Assembly (NCBI GenBank): GCA_963787125.1
Contig: CAWBBV010000007.1
Coordinates: forward strand, 192,001-256,000
Length of the DNA stretch: 64,000 nucleotides
Direction of reading: 5' to 3'
Origin: an uncultured delta proteobacterium
GTDB lineage: Bacteria > Desulfobacterota > Desulfuromonadia > Geobacterales > DSM-12255
Within the stretch, counting starts at the first letter, position 1; each line of letters begins with the position of its first letter. A model generated the notes under the pieces. The model saw only the letters and a program-made list of their open reading frames with translations. It had not been told where the DNA came from and did not search any database. The translations under genes and the position numbers were made by a program. Positions 59,133 through 64,000 of this stretch are shown piece after piece.

Positions 59133-61292
59133 GTGAAAAAGGGATTTACCGACATATCAGTTTACCTCTGCCTGCTGCTTGCTGCGCTGCTTTATGGTGA
59201 GGCAGAGGCAAGAACCTATCTGTCCGGGATGGCGGAGCTTAATTACGTAAAGTACGATGCCAAGCAGTCCGGTGCTGATCCGCTTACCGGTCAAGATGTG
59301 GAAAAGAAATTCTCCGGCAATTCTCTCGCCCAGACATACTCAGTTACCTGGTCAGCCTCCAACTATCTTTATGCAACTCAGCCAAAATATTACGATGTCT
59401 CCCTGGGGTACGACTGGCTTACATACAATACAAAAACATCAGACGGGACCGAAAATAGTACCTTTAAGGACACCTTTGGCAAGTTCCGCTACAACGGCAA
59501 ATTTGGTCTGAATCCTGCTGATCTCCCCATCAACTTTAGCGCCTATGCTTATGATGCACATACGCTCTCTTTTTCCAGGAATCTGGGTGGGCAAGCTATT
59601 ATGGATAGTTTCCTTACGACTGAGATTGCCGGAAAGTTTGTTAGCGAAGGTTATGGCTTCACGTTCAATTTTGAACCGGAAAGAGCAAGAAAAGATTCTT
59701 TCCGTGGCCTGCCCCGCTTATACCTGGTTTACAACGACACTTCCAATAGATCAATCGTCAGCACTTATAATGTTGATAACAGGACAAAGGAGCTTGCAGT
59801 TGCCGGCCTTAACCAGGGAAATAACTGGATTAATTACAAAAGTACAAGTTATGAGGATAATCTTAACAGCCAAAATAATTACGTTAATCAAGAATTTCAA
59901 ATAGGGCATATTGATCAGATGGGGCGCCGGCTCTGGTCTCCGTTAGTAAACTGGATTGAAGTTTCCGCAGATGGAAAATTCAGCAACAAGAGAACCCCTG
60001 CCGGAGATACCGACAGCTATGATGTTAATTTCATGGCAATCGCTGACAGGCGTGCATGGACAGTCAGAACATTCATGAACTATAACCGGATAACTTCCAT
60101 GACAGCGCTCGAAAATAGTCAGACTGAAAACACCAAAGTTCCTATTTATATCAAAGGTATCTACGGTAGAGATACCAACTGGTTTTTGACCCTTTCCGCC
60201 GAGAACGGCAAGCAGACTCTTTATAATGCCGCCAGAAATGAAACCACGTATTCTAACCGGGTAGCGCTTGGAGCAACAACCTTTACACAGTCAAAGTTCA
60301 CACTTTCACCTTCAGCAGCTGTTGCTATCACCAAAGGTTTCGGTGGATTCGATTCTTTGACCTTGGACGGAGCCCTGGAGACAAACAGCACTGCAAGGTT
60401 CAGTAACAAACTCGGACTGGCCGCAAGGCTAAGTCTGCACTATCTGGATGACGGCACGAACTCCTTGACCAGTAAGAGTTGGGTAAATATTCTTAAACTT
60501 AAAGCTAACTATAATCCTGATACAAAGCTGGCTTACAGCTTTACAGAAGAGTTGACCTCCGGCAATGAAACTCCGGCCGTGGCGATCCTGAATTACCCGG
60601 GAAATGAGAACTATTTTAAATCATCCACGTCAGCATCTGCAACCTGGACACCTAACGCCGAATTTACTACATCCATGGATGCTACCTACGATATACGTTT
60701 AAACGAGAACCGTTCTGGTACGAATTATACCCATTTGGCGTGGAGAGCTTCATACGTTCGGGAAAAAATCAAATATCTGCTGGATGCAAGTTTGGATCAG
60801 AAGTCTGATGGTTATGTTGGCTTTAATCAAGTCATCAAAGGCTTTGCAGAAGCAGAGTACAGACCTGACAGGTATAATGACGGGAGTATCCGCTTAAATT
60901 ACACTAGAACAGAAACAGATGTTGGTCTCATCTCGCAAATAGATGTGCTCGAAAAATACAGCTACAATTTCTTCACCAGAAAAGGGGTGATAAGGAATCT
61001 TGCCACAATCTCGCAGGAGTTTTCCTATCTAGGTACGGAGAGTGAAAGCCGGAAGCAATATAGCTATTATTCGACGATTTCCGGACGCTACTCTCCGACA
61101 TCAAGGCTTTCGCTATCGGGTTATGTCAAATACGTGAACGGAAATGGTGGCAAGTCGACAGTTTATTATAACGTCGGCGTGAATAATGACTTCAAACTGC
61201 TCACCTCTTCACTAGATTATACATATGCTAAAAGGGAAGCTGATAACAGGATTGAAAAGCGGCTTAACGCCACAGTCAGAAGAACTTTCTAA
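59133..61292 (+). CDS. Large outer-membrane beta-barrel-like protein
   Basis: Signal peptide, Tyr/Ser/Thr/Asn-rich alternating strands, C-terminal Phe; GTG start chosen downstream of the sigma54 site. Confidence 0.7.
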   Translation: MKKGFTDISVYLCLLLAALLYGEAEARTYLSGMAELNYVKYDAKQSGADPLTGQDVEKKFSGNSLAQTYSVTWSASNYLYATQPKYYDVSLGYDWLTYNTKTSDGTENSTFKDTFGKFRYNGKFGLNPADLPINFSAYAYDAHTLSFSRNLGGQAIMDSFLTTEIAGKFVSEGYGFTFNFEPERARKDSFRGLPRLYLVYNDTSNRSIVSTYNVDNRTKELAVAGLNQGNNWINYKSTSYEDNLNSQNNYVNQEFQIGHIDQMGRRLWSPLVNWIEVSADGKFSNKRTPAGDTDSYDVNFMAIADRRAWTVRTFMNYNRITSMTALENSQTENTKVPIYIKGIYGRDTNWFLTLSAENGKQTLYNAARNETTYSNRVALGATTFTQSKFTLSPSAAVAITKGFGGFDSLTLDGALETNSTARFSNKLGLAARLSLHYLDDGTNSLTSKSWVNILKLKANYNPDTKLAYSFTEELTSGNETPAVAILNYPGNENYFKSSTSASATWTPNAEFTTSMDATYDIRLNENRSGTNYTHLAWRASYVREKIKYLLDASLDQKSDGYVGFNQVIKGFAEAEYRPDRYNDGSIRLNYTRTETDVGLISQIDVLEKYSYNFFTRKGVIRNLATISQEFSYLGTESESRKQYSYYSTISGRYSPTSRLSLSGYVKYVNGNGGKSTVYYNVGVNNDFKLLTSSLDYTYAKREADNRIEKRLNATVRRTF

Positions 61293-61330
61293 GCTTTACA
61301 ACTACAGTCATTCTCAAGTATTATCCTCAA

Positions 61331-62143
61331 ATGAACTACCTCCGGATATTTGTACTTTTCTTAAAAGACCTCTTCCTGCGTCGCAACATGATTATCGAAC
61401 TGGCGAAGCAGGACTTCCGCAGTAAGTACCTCGGCTCTTATCTTGGCATTCTTTGGGCGTTCATTCATCCGACAATCTATGTGTCAATTCTGTGGGTAGT
61501 GTTTCAGGTCGGTTTCAAGTCTCAACCGGCCGGAGATGTGCCATTTGTGCTCTGGATGCTTTGCGGCATAATTCCCTGGTTTTTCTTCAGTGAATCTCTC
61601 AACAGTGCCACAAGCTCAATTCTCGACAACTCATTTTTGTTAAAGAAAGTCAATTTTAGCGTTGGGATGCTGCCGATCGTCAAGATACTTTCTGCGCTTG
61701 TCCTGCATGCCTTTTTCATTCTGGTTATTTTTAGCATGTTTCTTATCTACCGAACTCCGGTTACGCTGCACTGTCTCCAGGTTTTCTATTATCTTTTCTG
61801 CACCATAATCCTTTTGTTAGGTCTTTCCTGGTTGACATCGTCAGTTATAATATTCTTTCGTGACATGGGCCAGATAGTCAATATGGTTCTCCAATTCCTC
61901 TTCTGGATGACCCCCATCTTCTGGTCTGCCAAGATACTCCCCCCTAAATATCTCAACATGGTCAAGCTTAATCCCGTCTATTATATCGTTGAAGGTTATC
62001 GGGAAAGCTTTATCTATCATGTCTGGTTCTGGAACGGTCATTATGAGCTTACTGCTTACTTCTGGCTGGTGACCGGAGCCATATTCGTCAGTGGTGCAGT
62101 TGTTTTCAGAAGGCTCAGACCACACTTCGCAGATGTGCTCTAG
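61331..62143 (+). CDS. wzm: Wzm-type polysaccharide ABC exporter permease
   Basis: DFRSKYLGSYLGILWAFIHP, FWMTPIFW, LNPVYYIVEGYR, HFADVL. Confidence 0.9.
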   Translation: MNYLRIFVLFLKDLFLRRNMIIELAKQDFRSKYLGSYLGILWAFIHPTIYVSILWVVFQVGFKSQPAGDVPFVLWMLCGIIPWFFFSESLNSATSSILDNSFLLKKVNFSVGMLPIVKILSALVLHAFFILVIFSMFLIYRTPVTLHCLQVFYYLFCTIILLLGLSWLTSSVIIFFRDMGQIVNMVLQFLFWMTPIFWSAKILPPKYLNMVKLNPVYYIVEGYRESFIYHVWFWNGHYELTAYFWLVTGAIFVSGAVVFRRLRPHFADVL

Positions 62144-62287
62144 GTTGATTTAGCGGGCTTGAGGGAGAATGTCGTTGACTTGGCTGACATTATTACGGTA
62201 ATACTCTACGGTTACCTTTGGCTAAAAATGAGTTAACAGCAGCAGTGTAATTATAAATTGTGACAACCCAGTACAGAATAATTTCAA

Positions 62288-62363
62288 GCCATCTTAGCTC
62301 AGTTGGTAGAGCAATTGATTCGTAATCAATAGGTCGACGGTTCGACTCCGTTAGATGGCTCCA
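62288..62363 (+). tRNA. tRNA-Thr(CGT)
   Basis: GCCATCT acceptor, D arm, ATTGA-TTCGTAA-TCAAT anticodon arm, GGTTCGACTCC, CCA end. Confidence 0.95.
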
Positions 62364-62369
62364 GTATTA

Positions 62370-62404
62370 AAGCGGGTCCAGCAATAAAGCTGGCCCGCTT
62401 TTTA
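62370..62404 (+). terminator. Terminator after tRNA
   Basis: aagcgggtccagc...gctggcccgctt followed by T-run. Confidence 0.75.
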
Positions 62405-62544
62405 TTATGTTTATGTAGATTCTGACGCAGGTGTATTGGTGCTAAGCCGTTGGAACAAAATCACGGTTACAACTATCAAGGCAAGAACGGCATAAGGAGC
62501 CGTAACGAAACAACAGAAATGTAACAGATATTTCGTAACGGCTC

Positions 62545-63891
62545 CTAAAAGTTAAAATGCCCAGGCGTGCGCGGGCAGGGGACAACGTCTCTGATGTTTT
62601 CCATTCCGGTTACAAGCATAAGGAGCCGCTCGAAGCCGAGGCCAAAACCGGCATGAGGGGTTGTGCCCCAGCGTCTGGTGTCAAGATACCATGACAGTGC
62701 TCCTTCGTTTATGCCGGCGGCGACCATCATTGCAAGCAGAACGTCGAGGCGTTCTTCACGCTGGCTGCCGCCAACAAGTTCTCCGATACCAGGCAAGAGC
62801 AGATCGACTGCGGCGACCGTTTTTTCGTCCGGATTGGTGCGCATATAAAATGGCTTGATATTTTTAGGATAGTCGGTGACGAAGAGCGGGCCACCAACAA
62901 GTTTCTCGGCAAGATAACGCTCATGCTCGGTCTGCAGGTCGCAGCCCCATGACGGTTGGTAGTTGAACGACTGGTTCGAGTTGAGCAACTGTTCAATTGC
63001 CTCAGTGTAGGTCATGCGGGAGAATCCGCTAGTAAGAAGTTGTCCGAGGCGGGTGACAAGCCCTTTTGAGACGTGTTGATCAAAAAAAGCCAGGTCGTCG
63101 GTACATTCATCCAGAGCAGCATTAATCAGGTGCCGAATAAAGGTTTCAATGAGTTCGATATTGTCGTCAAGATTTGCAAATGCCACTTCGGGTTCGACCA
63201 TCCAGAATTCTGCGGCGTGGCGACTGGTGTTGCTGTTTTCGGCCCTGAATGTCGGACCGAAGGTATAAACGCGCGACAGTGCCTGCGCGAAAGCTTCAGC
63301 TTCAAGTTGCCCGCTGACGGTCAGTCCGGTCGGTTGGCTGAAAAATTCGCGGTCGCTGGTTGCTCTGGCGCTGACGCGAAAAAGCTCTCCGGCCCCTTCG
63401 CAGTCATTGGCGGTGATAATAGGAGTGTGTAGATACTGAAACCCCTGTTTTTGAAAGAACTGATGGATTGAATGTGCCATGGCTGAGCGCACCCGGAATA
63501 CTGCACCGAAAGTGTTGGTTCTGGCCCGTAAATGGCCAATAGTCCGAAGATATTCAAAGGAGTGACGCTTATTCTGCACCGGATACTGCTCATCGGATAC
63601 GCCCACTAGTTCAAGCGCTGTCACCTTTAACTCTCCGGTCTGCCCTGTGGCCGGTGACTGCTGCCAGATGCCACGGGCTGAAATGGCACAACCGGTAGTG
63701 AGTCGGTCGGCTGTCTCCTTGAGTATTGAGCCCGCTTCTACTACCAACTGCAGGCCGGAGATGTCGGAGCCGTCGTTGACTGTCACGAATGTCACTGATT
63801 GCTGGCTCCGGACGCTTCTCACCCAGCCACGAACCAACTGTTCGCTGCTGAATTCTTTACCCTTTATTTCGTTAATAAGTGGTGGCAGCAT
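62545..63891 (-). CDS. asnS: Asparagine-tRNA ligase
   Basis: HLRARTN.FGAVFRVRS, LTVSGQLEAE, FRAENSNTSRH.AEFWM.EPE, GGSQREER, PHAGFGLGFER. Confidence 0.95.
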   Translation of the reverse strand: MLPPLINEIKGKEFSSEQLVRGWVRSVRSQQSVTFVTVNDGSDISGLQLVVEAGSILKETADRLTTGCAISARGIWQQSPATGQTGELKVTALELVGVSDEQYPVQNKRHSFEYLRTIGHLRARTNTFGAVFRVRSAMAHSIHQFFQKQGFQYLHTPIITANDCEGAGELFRVSARATSDREFFSQPTGLTVSGQLEAEAFAQALSRVYTFGPTFRAENSNTSRHAAEFWMVEPEVAFANLDDNIELIETFIRHLINAALDECTDDLAFFDQHVSKGLVTRLGQLLTSGFSRMTYTEAIEQLLNSNQSFNYQPSWGCDLQTEHERYLAEKLVGGPLFVTDYPKNIKPFYMRTNPDEKTVAAVDLLLPGIGELVGGSQREERLDVLLAMMVAAGINEGALSWYLDTRRWGTTPHAGFGLGFERLLMLVTGMENIRDVVPCPRTPGHFNF

Positions 63892-64000
63892 ATGCAGGTG
63901 TCTCCCGTAGTAGAAAATTATGAACTAGATACAATTTGCTTATTTGGCACATAAGCAAGCAAGGCGTAGTTGATGCTTTTTGTACGGAAACGGAAAACTG

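Noticed and set aside
62288..62545. tRNA-Thr as an island integration site
   Set aside because: No integrase and no duplicated tRNA 3' end seen; the inverted repeat near 62494-62546 is best explained as the asnS terminator
63945..63961. Sigma54-like TGGCAC site near the window end
   Set aside because: GG-to-GC spacing is 11 rather than 10 and the downstream gene is outside the window

Overview
Chromosomal window from a Geobacteraceae-like deltaproteobacterium, judged by the gene order thiC-thiDE-alr-selD-purH-purD-purE-ppcA-resB-resC-cytochrome-NHL-omcE-like and the multiheme cytochromes. 1-23.6 kb holds housekeeping and signalling genes: an MCP end, PilZ, an AlaA-like aminotransferase with a candidate Ala-rich attenuator leader, DUF748, two hybrid histidine kinases, rubrerythrin, HD-GYP, topA, dprA, LysM, cpoB, recO and folA. 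23.6-41.8 kb is an accessory island with three parts. (i) Five toxin-antitoxin modules interleaved with repeated copies of a glycosyltransferase 3' end. (ii) A visibly AT-rich glycan-modification cluster: GT2, sulfotransferases, radical SAMs, a RapZ C-terminal domain, a methyltransferase and wzt. (iii) A GxxExxY PD-(D/E)XK-like gene and a sixth TA pair embedded in three arrays totalling 16.5 copies of a ~130-bp hairpin repeat. 41.8-64 kb holds thiamine genes under a TPP riboswitch carrying a MITE-like insertion, a selenocysteine-containing SelD, purine genes, a cytochrome/nanowire locus with two sigma54-type promoters, an orphan wzm, tRNA-Thr(CGT) and asnS. All calls come from reading motifs by eye; no searches were run.
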